DNA of 63,901 bases, counting the filler, from an uncultured Methanosarcinales archaeon (GTDB lineage Archaea > Nanobdellota > Nanobdellia > Woesearchaeales > CAYSVS01): NCBI GenBank assembly GCA_964434475.1. It is 3 parts of 3 records of this genome, joined end to end, with 100 filler letters (N's around TTAATTAATTAA, not from the genome) between each part and the next. Parts side by side here need not be neighbours in the genome. Positions count along the whole stretch, not along the records: positions 47,184 to 63,901 come from CAYSVS010000024.1; 2 more parts are not named here. One strand, written 5' to 3'. How positions within the stretch are numbered: the stretch's first letter is position 1; the number at the start of each line of letters is the position of its first letter. The notes under the pieces are model-generated. The model did not search any database, was not told the origin of the DNA, and was given only the letters and a program-made list of their open reading frames with translations. Shown one piece after another: positions 56,493 to 63,901 of this stretch. A program made the position numbers and the translations under genes.

Positions 56493-56855
56493 ATGAAAAA
56501 AAAATATGATGTTTTATTGGTCGATGATGAGCATGCGATAAGAGAAATATATAACTATGTGCTTGAAATAGAAGGATATAATGTGCATACATTAGATAAT
56601 GCTGAATCTGCAATAGAATATTATGATAGCGGTAATAATATAGATGTTCTTGTAAGTGATGTGGATATGACTAATGAAGGCGATGGTATTAAATTAGCAG
56701 AATATCTTAGAAAAAATAATTATGATGGTACGATTATTCTTATGTCAGGAAATAAAAATTATTCTGGACTTGATCCTTCTTTAAACATTGCAAAATTTTT
56801 AAAAAAACCTGTGGGTTTAGATACTTTAATCAATGTGATTAAGAAGTATATTTAA
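56493..56855 (+). CDS. Stand-alone response regulator receiver (CheY-like)
   Basis: LLVDDE, VSDVDM..DG, IILMSG, FLKKP. Confidence 0.9.
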   Translation: MKKKYDVLLVDDEHAIREIYNYVLEIEGYNVHTLDNAESAIEYYDSGNNIDVLVSDVDMTNEGDGIKLAEYLRKNNYDGTIILMSGNKNYSGLDPSLNIAKFLKKPVGLDTLINVIKKYI

Positions 56856-57388
56856 TTCAATATTTTCTTTAATTCTTTATGTACATACATAAAATAATCT
56901 GCATAATCTTTGCTTATCTTACGTTTGAACCTATTATAAACCCATCTTGCTGATCTTTTCTTGTCCATATCAATGAAATTATCAATATAAGTTATTATCT
57001 TCTCTTCGATTGTTTTCGGCAAAAAATCTTTTTTTGGCAACTGCAGCTTTTGCTTGATTATATCTTCTTTGCTTATTCCTAAGCCTATATGCCTTTCAGC
57101 AATTCTTGCCAATTTGGAATAACCTTCTTTACGCAAAATCTTTCCGCCTTCTATTCCATGCCTTATTCTTTTTTCTTTATTGTCATAGACTTTGAAATAA
57201 CCTATATCATGCAGCAATGCACCATTCTTCAACAATTGCATGTCTATATCAAAACCTTTTTTCTGAAGCTTTTTAGCCAATTCAACGCAATGTTTTTGCA
57301 CAACTTTGCTATGCTTTAACACTATTCTAAAACCTTCATCAGTATCCTTATATTTTCTCAGCAATGCTATAGCTTGTTTTTGGTTCAT
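56852..57388 (-). CDS. HD-domain (HDIG) phosphohydrolase
   Basis: KHS..V, GALLHDIG, HGIEG..IL, AERHIG.G, P.TIEEKII.Y.D. Confidence 0.9.
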   Translation of the reverse strand: MNQKQAIALLRKYKDTDEGFRIVLKHSKVVQKHCVELAKKLQKKGFDIDMQLLKNGALLHDIGYFKVYDNKEKRIRHGIEGGKILRKEGYSKLARIAERHIGLGISKEDIIKQKLQLPKKDFLPKTIEEKIITYIDNFIDMDKKRSARWVYNRFKRKISKDYADYFMYVHKELKKILN

Positions 57389-57409
57389 TTTTAATAATAA
57401 ATAAAAAAT

Positions 57410-57616
57410 CTATTTCAAGAATAGATTCTTTACCAAAAGGAACAATCCCAGTACAAATATGAACACTGGCCAGAATGATAATCCATTCATAGCCCACCAG
57501 CCTAGATCCTTTCCTATAAAATATATTCCTAAAAATATTAGCAATAATGGAAATCCTAAACCTTTTTGCATAGGTTTCTTAACTTCCTTTTTCATTGTTC
57601 TTTTTTTCTTAGCCAT
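57410..57616 (-). CDS. Small membrane protein (LiaI/DUF5668-like)
   Basis: LLLIFLGIYF...LG.......FWPVF.FVLGL.LL. Confidence 0.6.
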   Translation of the reverse strand: MAKKKRTMKKEVKKPMQKGLGFPLLLIFLGIYFIGKDLGWWAMNGLSFWPVFIFVLGLFLLVKNLFLK

Positions 57617-57631
57617 AATAATCACCTCTTT

Positions 57632-58039
57632 CTATATGTTATTCTTTATATCATTTAAATATTTAATCATTTCTTCCTCTTCATATTTCTTATGTGTCCA
57701 TTCCAACTTTATACCATCATCTTCATACCTAGGTATTATATGCAGATGTAGATGAGGAACAAGCTGACCAGAAGATTTTTTATTGTTTATCAATAGATTA
57801 TATCCATCACATCCTGTTGTCTTTACGACCGCTTCAGCAACATCATGTGCAACCCGGTTTAGTGCAGCAGCCATATCTGTGTCTGCATCCAGAAAAGTTT
57901 CAATATGCTCCTTTGGTATGACTAGAGTGTGTCCTTTGTTTGCTGGACTTATATCTAATATAGCTATAAAACTCTCATCCTCATAAACTTTAGAGCTTGG
58001 TATTTCGCCTTTTATTATTTTGCAAAATATACAATCCAT
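57632..58039 (-). CDS. HIT family nucleotide hydrolase
   Basis: CIFCKII.GEIP, GHTLVIPK.H, GQLVPHLHLHIIPR. Confidence 0.95.
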   Translation of the reverse strand: MDCIFCKIIKGEIPSSKVYEDESFIAILDISPANKGHTLVIPKEHIETFLDADTDMAAALNRVAHDVAEAVVKTTGCDGYNLLINNKKSSGQLVPHLHLHIIPRYEDDGIKLEWTHKKYEEEEMIKYLNDIKNNI

Positions 58040-58041
58040 TT

Positions 58042-58494
58042 CTAATCACCTTCAAATTCTTTTAATAGACTATCATTATCCATTCCTATCGAAAACTCAA
58101 ACCAATCTAAATTCTTATTTTTTATGAATTCTACAAACTTTTTCTTTTTATCGTCAGACCATTGCTTGTAACAAAATGCTGCTTTGCAAAGATAATGTAT
58201 ATCGCAGTATCCTATCCTTATATCATTTCCTTTATTTAGCTCAGGATGTGCAGGACAAAACACCTTATTGTGCTTTAGTATTACGTTATGGCACACTCCT
58301 GAATGATGTACATCATTATATCTATTGATGAATTCTGATAATTGCTTGCCTTTCTCAATATGCTCTTCATACTCTTTTGTATTTTTTATTATCCTATCTA
58401 CAACTTCTTTTCTTGTCTTATAGTTCCTTCCGCAGCATCCGAAGCAAGTAAGATTGCCAATCTGACAAACATTACTTTTTATGTAGTTTTTCAT
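58042..58494 (-). CDS. Cys-rich hypothetical protein (possible metal or Fe-S binding)
   Basis: CQ....TCFGCCG, GVC.N, FCPAHP, YCD..YLC. Confidence 0.65.
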   Translation of the reverse strand: MKNYIKSNVCQIGNLTCFGCCGRNYKTRKEVVDRIIKNTKEYEEHIEKGKQLSEFINRYNDVHHSGVCHNVILKHNKVFCPAHPELNKGNDIRIGYCDIHYLCKAAFCYKQWSDDKKKKFVEFIKNKNLDWFEFSIGMDNDSLLKEFEGD

Positions 58495-58849
58495 TTTGTT
58501 TAACTTTTTTCCATTCTTCTACAGCTTTTTCTGGTGTATCGATTCCTTCCATATCGCTGTACACCCATGGCTTTCTGTTCTTGAATTTCTTGATATGATT
58601 TTCAATGATATGTTTAGTATCCAATCCTTTCTCTTCAGCAAGTATAGACAATAAAAACAGAGCACCAAAAGTATCTCCTATCTCTTCCTCAAGATTTTCT
58701 AAGTCGTCTTTGTTTACTGCTTCAAGTATCTCATCAAGTTCATCCTTGACAAATCCTATGTAATCCTTGATGTCTTTTTCTCTTGTCCACGGGCATTTTT
58801 CTCTGTTCTGTTTCATCACATAAAACAATTCTTTCAGTGTTTTTTCCAT
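58472..58849 (-). CDS. MazG-like nucleotide pyrophosphohydrolase
   Basis: REKCPW, DELDE..EA, LEEEIGD, K..NRKPWV. Confidence 0.9.
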   Translation of the reverse strand: MEKTLKELFYVMKQNREKCPWTREKDIKDYIGFVKDELDEILEAVNKDDLENLEEEIGDTFGALFLLSILAEEKGLDTKHIIENHIKKFKNRKPWVYSDMEGIDTPEKAVEEWKKVKQNEKLHKK

Positions 58850-59072
58850 TTTTAAGTTCTAGAAGAAGATTTGATTTGGGAATATTTAAATATTAGGTAA
58901 AATGCTGCAATTAGATAGAAAAAAAGGATAATCAATTTAGAAAGCTTTAAATACTACCTTCATATAAATACTTTTATTTTCTTATATTCTCGTCGCTGTT
59001 ACACACTAGATTGAGTGATGTTTTTACTATATGTTATAGAAGGATTGCTAAGTTTTAGCAAAGGTAGGGACT

Positions 59073-59237
59073 ATGGAAGATATTAATTATATCAAAAAAA
59101 GGATTGCGATATTGGAATGGGATCTGCCTAGAATAAAGAACAACGATTTAAGTGAGACAAGGATAAAACAGATTAAACGCTTAAAGACAAAGCTTAGTGA
59201 TCTTTTAAATAAGAAGGAGGTCATACAAAATGGCTAA
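59073..59237 (+). CDS. 54-aa coiled-coil micro-ORF
   Basis: MEDINYIKKRIAILEWDLPRIKNNDLSETRIKQIKRLKTKLSDLLNKKEVIQNG; purine-rich SD-like AGGTAGGGA upstream. Confidence 0.5.
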   Translation: MEDINYIKKRIAILEWDLPRIKNNDLSETRIKQIKRLKTKLSDLLNKKEVIQNG

Positions 59238-59316
59238 GAAAAAAGCTTCTAAAAAACAGAAAGCAAAACCTAAATATGGCGATGATGAAGATTATGACGA
59301 CGATGATGATTATTGA
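59230..59316 (+). CDS. 28-aa charge-segregated micro-peptide
   Basis: SD AAGGAGGT; MAKKKASKKQKAKPKYGDDEDYDDDDDY. Confidence 0.45.
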   Translation: MAKKKASKKQKAKPKYGDDEDYDDDDDY

Positions 59317-59351
59317 TTATGATAGGATTTGAACAGCAAGATCCTATTTTT

Positions 59352-60002
59352 TTATTTTTTTAAAATAGAATATATCGTAGATATCCTATACTTCAGATTA
59401 TCCAATGTTGAGTTGTTGGCTATTACCACAGGAGCTATGTTGAATCTGGTCCAATTGCATAGTTTCCTAAAATTAAGATCATAGACGCATTTCACTCTTC
59501 TGATATTATTTTCAACCCATATATCTGTTTCTGTCTTCACTTTTTTCTTATTTAAATTTCTGATAACATTTTCTGGTTCTGTAGTAACATAAAGCATAAT
59601 GATATCTTTGTTATTTGTATTGGATCTTAATTCTGTTTCGCATCTTAAGAAAACCTTTGCTAGATAATCCTCGAATCTTTTCCTGCTCTCTTTATTATGT
59701 CTTGATTCCCAAAGATATTCAGTGAATGATTTTGTTGTTACAAAGCTTCTGTCTATTATAGTATTTTCATACTGGTTTGAAACTATGGCTTCAATGTTCT
59801 TTACAAAACATTTTGTGTTTAAGAACTTTATATATTTTTTAGGAATATCTTTTTCTATTTTTTTCCTTAAATTTTCATATGAAGTTGTATTATCTGTTTC
59901 ATAGGTAGTTAAGTTTATTGACTTATAACCTGTCAATTCATGCAAAAAAGAAACTATACTTGTCTTTCCTGAACCATCCATACCATCAATCAGATAAATC
60001 AT
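59352..60002 (-). CDS. Thymidylate/deoxynucleoside kinase-like P-loop protein
   Basis: IDGMDGSGKTS and IIDRS motifs. Confidence 0.75.
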   Translation of the reverse strand: MIYLIDGMDGSGKTSIVSFLHELTGYKSINLTTYETDNTTSYENLRKKIEKDIPKKYIKFLNTKCFVKNIEAIVSNQYENTIIDRSFVTTKSFTEYLWESRHNKESRKRFEDYLAKVFLRCETELRSNTNNKDIIMLYVTTEPENVIRNLNKKKVKTETDIWVENNIRRVKCVYDLNFRKLCNWTRFNIAPVVIANNSTLDNLKYRISTIYSILKK

Positions 60003-60382
60003 CCTATATATCCTATATTATTATCTTTACTTTTCTTTATCTCGATCTTCTTGATATCAAATATCTTTGCTAATTCTTTTGCTTTTTCGGGATTAACATC
60101 TTGAAGCAGATTAAATATGAACAATATATTGTCTCTTATCAACTTTATTTTCTCTTTCTTATCAAGATTTGGCTTAACTATTGTTGATGTGTTTATCAAC
60201 GCTTTTCCTAAGCTCAAAGCTTCTTGCGGTGAAATGCCATAACCTCCTAATAATGTTGGTTTGCCTTCTCCTGAAAAAAGACACATATCAACCAATCCCA
60301 TATTCTTGATAGCAGCAACACAATGATTGCTTATCAGATATCTTTTTAATTCTAGATTATATTTCTTGACTATGCACATCAT
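59999..60382 (-). CDS. Hypothetical protein
   Basis: 4-nt overlaps with both neighbours. Confidence 0.6.
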   Translation of the reverse strand: MMCIVKKYNLELKRYLISNHCVAAIKNMGLVDMCLFSGEGKPTLLGGYGISPQEALSLGKALINTSTIVKPNLDKKEKIKLIRDNILFIFNLLQDVNPEKAKELAKIFDIKKIEIKKSKDNNIGYIG

Positions 60383-60711
60383 AACCCCTCCTTCAGTATT
60401 TTATAATCTTCTTCTATTATCTGTTTAATTTTTTTTGCGAACAACTTGTATGTCCTTTCATTGACAAAATCTATGAAAGAAAGTTTACTATAAAATTCAG
60501 ATAATCTTGGCTTTTTTTCAGACAATTTCTCTGCTATTAAAAAATCATCCTTCAACCTATAGGCACCTGATAAGATTCCTAAGCCAGATACATGAACTAT
60601 GAATTTATCCTTTTCATCTACTTCTTCGTTAATGTAGTCTATCTGGATTGTTCTTTTATCCTTTATCTTTTCATATTCTTCTTTTTTTAATCTATAAAGC
60701 CAGTATTTCAT
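60379..60711 (-). CDS. EVE/PUA-like domain protein
   Basis: MKYWL start, V...DKFIVHVSG.GI..G.Y, LSFI, IKQI.EEDY..L pattern. Confidence 0.55.
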   Translation of the reverse strand: MKYWLYRLKKEEYEKIKDKRTIQIDYINEEVDEKDKFIVHVSGLGILSGAYRLKDDFLIAEKLSEKKPRLSEFYSKLSFIDFVNERTYKLFAKKIKQIIEEDYKILKEGL

Positions 60712-60746
60712 ATTCTATTTGGTTAATTGATATTATATAAAACTAA

Positions 60747-60820
60747 TGGACTGATCGGGATTTGAACCCGAATAAATCGGCTGCCAGCCGACTATACTAA
60801 CCAGATTATATTACCAGCCC
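60747..60820 (-). tRNA. tRNA-Ala (anticodon GGC)
   Basis: Cloverleaf: acceptor GGGCTGG/TCAGTCC with G3:U70 Ala identity pair, anticodon stem GTCGG/CCGAT with loop CT-GGC-AG, T arm TCGGG-TTCAAAT-CCCGA, discriminator A; CCA not encoded. Confidence 0.92.
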
Positions 60821-60933
60821 ATAAATTATCTTATTTATGGAGTATTTTAAACATTTTTCTAAAATCAGTATACTAAACAGTAACATTTATATATTGATAA
60901 CACTTATTTATATGTTATTGGGGGTAAGTTACT

Positions 60934-61341
60934 ATGGTTATACTATTTGACCAATTTAATATGCCAGATGATATTTTCAAGATCATCTTCGCAACTGAAC
61001 AACAAGAGATAGTTGCTAAACTTCTTATAAATTATATTAAACAGAATGATGGCGATATAAGCAAAAGCGAGATGTCAGCTTTTGCGATCAAATTGCATGA
61101 CGGCAATTATGAAACTACAATAAACCAAGAACCATATATCGGCAAAAAAGTAAAGCTGAGCTATAATAAAAGACAATTTTATGATAGAATTTTGACACCT
61201 ATGAAATCAATGGGCTTGATCGATTATGATATGTATAAGAGAAGCTATAAGCTTAGCGAGAAATTCAATAAGTTGATGATCAAGATAGGGTTGATGTGGT
61301 TAAAGGAACTAGGACAGTTTAGACAAAGAAAGGTTTTCTAA
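60934..61341 (+). CDS. Hypothetical protein, probable winged helix
   Basis: QFYDRIL.PMK.MGLIDYD...R.YKLS wHTH-like pattern. Confidence 0.6.
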   Translation: MVILFDQFNMPDDIFKIIFATEQQEIVAKLLINYIKQNDGDISKSEMSAFAIKLHDGNYETTINQEPYIGKKVKLSYNKRQFYDRILTPMKSMGLIDYDMYKRSYKLSEKFNKLMIKIGLMWLKELGQFRQRKVF

Positions 61342-61418
61342 TTTTTTCTTGTATTTTGAGTAAGGAAATATTTAAATAGAACATTATATCATTTATCTTA
61401 TTTTAGGAGGGACTATGT

Positions 61419-62033
61419 ATGGATAATAAACATATCTGCGATATTATTGAAAGATTACCTTTTATTCCGGTTGATATTGATAAGGATTCTTTAGATTTTA
61501 TTAAGTCTATTGAAAAAACAGATAAAGATTTTGCTGTATGTGTTGAAGATGGAAAACTCAATGTTTTGTATAGTAAATCTGACGGATGGGGCAATTATAA
61601 CTTTTATCATCTAAAAAAGGACAAATATGGTAATATAGAAGAATCGAATTTTTCAGATAAAAATATGAACGATTCAAGTTCATTCTTTGGATTACTTATT
61701 CCATACTTCAAACGTAAGTATAAAGAATGTGTTAGGTTAAGAGATGAACATTTATCTAAAATAAATAGATATGCTAAAATCAATGAAGCAAAAATTGAAG
61801 AAGCGATAAAGGATATTCAAGTTTATCAGTTAAGCAAAGATGAATATGAAAAGGAATTCGGTGTAAAGACAGAATTAGCTTTAAAAGATAAACCCAGTAC
61901 TTTCTTATGTGAAAATAATCGTAGAGATCTTAGAATTGCAGCATATCTAATAGGAGCCAATGCTGTAGTGCATTATCATAGGGGGTCTGCGATGGGCACT
62001 CCTATAAAAATAATAGATGATGACAATGCCTAA
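61419..62033 (+). CDS. Hypothetical protein with C-terminal YbjQ-like segment
   Basis: SD AGGAGG; LR..A..IGANAVVHY....MGTP. Confidence 0.5.
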   Translation: MDNKHICDIIERLPFIPVDIDKDSLDFIKSIEKTDKDFAVCVEDGKLNVLYSKSDGWGNYNFYHLKKDKYGNIEESNFSDKNMNDSSSFFGLLIPYFKRKYKECVRLRDEHLSKINRYAKINEAKIEEAIKDIQVYQLSKDEYEKEFGVKTELALKDKPSTFLCENNRRDLRIAAYLIGANAVVHYHRGSAMGTPIKIIDDDNA

Positions 62034-62616
62034 ACTTATAGGAATAGCAGGACCAAGCTGCAGCGGCAAATCCTCTTTGACAGAGCAGCTGGAATCTTCA
62101 TTTAAAGATATGGAGTTCATTTCTCTAGATAGTTATTGGAAAGATTCGAATAATTTCAAAAAAGTATGGTGGCCCTTTGGAAAATTGTTTGGTTGTAAAA
62201 ATTGGGAACTGCCGCAAAATCTTAAGCTTGATGATTTGTACGATAATCTTTTTGAGTTGAAGCAAGGTTATGAAACAAAGATTCCTATCTGTAATGATGC
62301 AGATTATCAAAAGATGTATAGGATTGCTTCTCCTAAGTCTAGGATAATTGTTGAAGGTTTTCTTTTGTTTTATGATAAAAGTATAAGAGATATTTTTGAT
62401 ACTAAAATCTACCTTGATCTGCCTGATGAAGAAATTATAAAAAGGAGATTAGAAAGAAACAAGTCAAATAAACCCGATAGAGAATCATATTATAGAAAAG
62501 TTGTTGTAAATGAATATAAAAAATATGGCTTGCCAGGCAAACAATATGCAGATCTTATTTTAGACGGCACTAAACCGCTTGAAGATAATTTAAATAAGAT
62601 CTTGTTGAACCTTTAA
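62026..62616 (+). CDS. udk: Uridine kinase family protein
   Basis: LIGIAGPSCSGKS, ISLDSYW, NWELP, IIVEGF, FDTKIYLD, RRLER, YADLIL. Confidence 0.8.
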   Translation: MPKLIGIAGPSCSGKSSLTEQLESSFKDMEFISLDSYWKDSNNFKKVWWPFGKLFGCKNWELPQNLKLDDLYDNLFELKQGYETKIPICNDADYQKMYRIASPKSRIIVEGFLLFYDKSIRDIFDTKIYLDLPDEEIIKRRLERNKSNKPDRESYYRKVVVNEYKKYGLPGKQYADLILDGTKPLEDNLNKILLNL

Positions 62617-63785
62617 CCGTATGGAGTACCTACTAACATCGGTGTTTGATTGTAAAAGTTATCTGATTTCTTTTCTACAAACGCATCTTTTGCTATTCCT
62701 GGAAGATTCTTTAATGTATCCCATAATCTTGTAAATATGTGTTTTGTCCTTCCCAAAATTCCTTTGTTTGGTTCAGGTATCTTATAGTATTCATCTTTAT
62801 CTCCATCCAAAACTAAAGGGGTATTGTCATCCTTGACGATATTTTTGTACCATTCAGATTTGAATATTATTTGTGCTTCTGATCCAGGATATAAGAATAA
62901 ATCATCTTCTGGCAATAGGTATTCATTGCCTTCTGAAACAAACACTCCCTTATATCTATGCCTTCTTACATCGACTCTTCCTTTGACTTTGATGATTTTT
63001 GCAACAGTGCAATAATTTCTGGTTATTCCTGAATCGTCTATCTTAAAGCATTCCATATCATCCACCTGCACCATGCCTTCTTTATAGATTACTTGTCCAT
63101 ATCCTGAATCAAGCAATTCTTGTGTAACTTTATTAGAATCATCTTTTATCTCTGGTTCTGCTGTTTTGTCTTTTTCTTTTTTAGATTTAGTCTCTTTTTT
63201 TTCATCTGATTTCTTTATGCATTTTCCATCTACTATTTCTTCATCATCTTCACAATACTTACATTCTCCGTCTTTCCATACTTTGCCTTCTCTTTCACAA
63301 GACACACATTCTCCTCTATATAATGTCATATTCCTCTCTTCGCATGGCAGACATTCTTTATCCTCTATGAAATATTCTTGTTTAATCCTGTACTTTGCAA
63401 GATCTTGTGCTGCACTATTTATATGTGTTACAACAAACGGATCTTCTGCTCCATACGGATTATACGGAACATCTCCTACTTGAGCTTGAAGTTTCGCTTT
63501 TTCTTCAAGTTCATATTCACGCATTAAGTCATAATATTCTTGACTTCCTTTGCTGTCTTTCCATCTGCCGTATTTAAGAGGTATATTTTCATTCTTTATC
63601 TTATTTACAAAATAAACTTCATTATTACTATCCTTAACATCGCATCCAGGACATTTTACTATATCTACATTAAAAGTATAATAAGGAACATTTTTTAGAA
63701 TAATGCATCCTTCTGGAATAGTAGAATAAGAATACGCTATAGGAATAACGATTAGAACAATAAGCAAAAGCATAATTTTTTTCAT
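62613..63785 (-). CDS. Secreted protein with Cys-rich repeats and a FecR-like C-terminal segment
   Basis: Signal peptide; repeated (D/R)GEC..C; VAKIIKVKGRVDVRR...LLPEDDL....GSEAQIIF. Confidence 0.6.
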   Translation of the reverse strand: MKKIMLLLIVLIVIPIAYSYSTIPEGCIILKNVPYYTFNVDIVKCPGCDVKDSNNEVYFVNKIKNENIPLKYGRWKDSKGSQEYYDLMREYELEEKAKLQAQVGDVPYNPYGAEDPFVVTHINSAAQDLAKYRIKQEYFIEDKECLPCEERNMTLYRGECVSCEREGKVWKDGECKYCEDDEEIVDGKCIKKSDEKKETKSKKEKDKTAEPEIKDDSNKVTQELLDSGYGQVIYKEGMVQVDDMECFKIDDSGITRNYCTVAKIIKVKGRVDVRRHRYKGVFVSEGNEYLLPEDDLFLYPGSEAQIIFKSEWYKNIVKDDNTPLVLDGDKDEYYKIPEPNKGILGRTKHIFTRLWDTLKNLPGIAKDAFVEKKSDNFYNQTPMLVGTPYG

Positions 63786-63901
63786 TGGTGACACCTCTAA
63801 TATGGAAAAATATTCTGATTATTTATAATGTTTTCTTTTAAAAATTACTGTGAAATTCGATAATTCTGCAAAATTTATTTGATCAAGTTGGTTTATAAAT
63901 T

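Noticed and set aside
1..63901. CRISPR array, rRNA, integrase or provirus
   Set aside because: No regularly spaced repeats, rRNA-like tract, recombinase or viral structural genes recognised.

Overview
Low-GC archaeal sequence, most likely Woesearchaeota (DPANN/Nanoarchaeota). This is inferred from an archaeal histone, the psmB-aCPSF1 pair, a form III RuBisCO, archaeal-type GluRS and IleRS, and several K-K/R-G/A/S-Q prepilin-like proteins. Two artificial 100-nt spacers (N...TTAATTAATTAA...N) join three assembly pieces, and three of the four piece ends at these spacers carry termini of one IS5-like element. The most notable feature (about 28.9-43.8 kb) is three translationally coupled cassettes. 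Each pairs a paralogous class III signal peptide, pilin-like gene with a secreted passenger protein whose C-terminus differs between cassettes: a VgrG3-like lysozyme/peptidoglycan hydrolase, an unrecognised domain, and a SpoIIE/PP2C phosphatase on an 1848-aa toxin-like protein. This suggests a pilus-associated polymorphic effector system. A second notable region (10.6-22.3 kb) is a minus-strand stress island. It has intact TreT, TrkAH, a Ca-type P-ATPase, a LigD phosphoesterase and a minimal pyruvate-kinase-like gene, plus unannotated remnants of PolX, an ATP-dependent ligase, DUF72 and DUF202. The window also holds tRNA-Ala(GGC), further pseudogenes and several micro-ORFs. All family assignments come from motif recognition by eye; no database searches were run.
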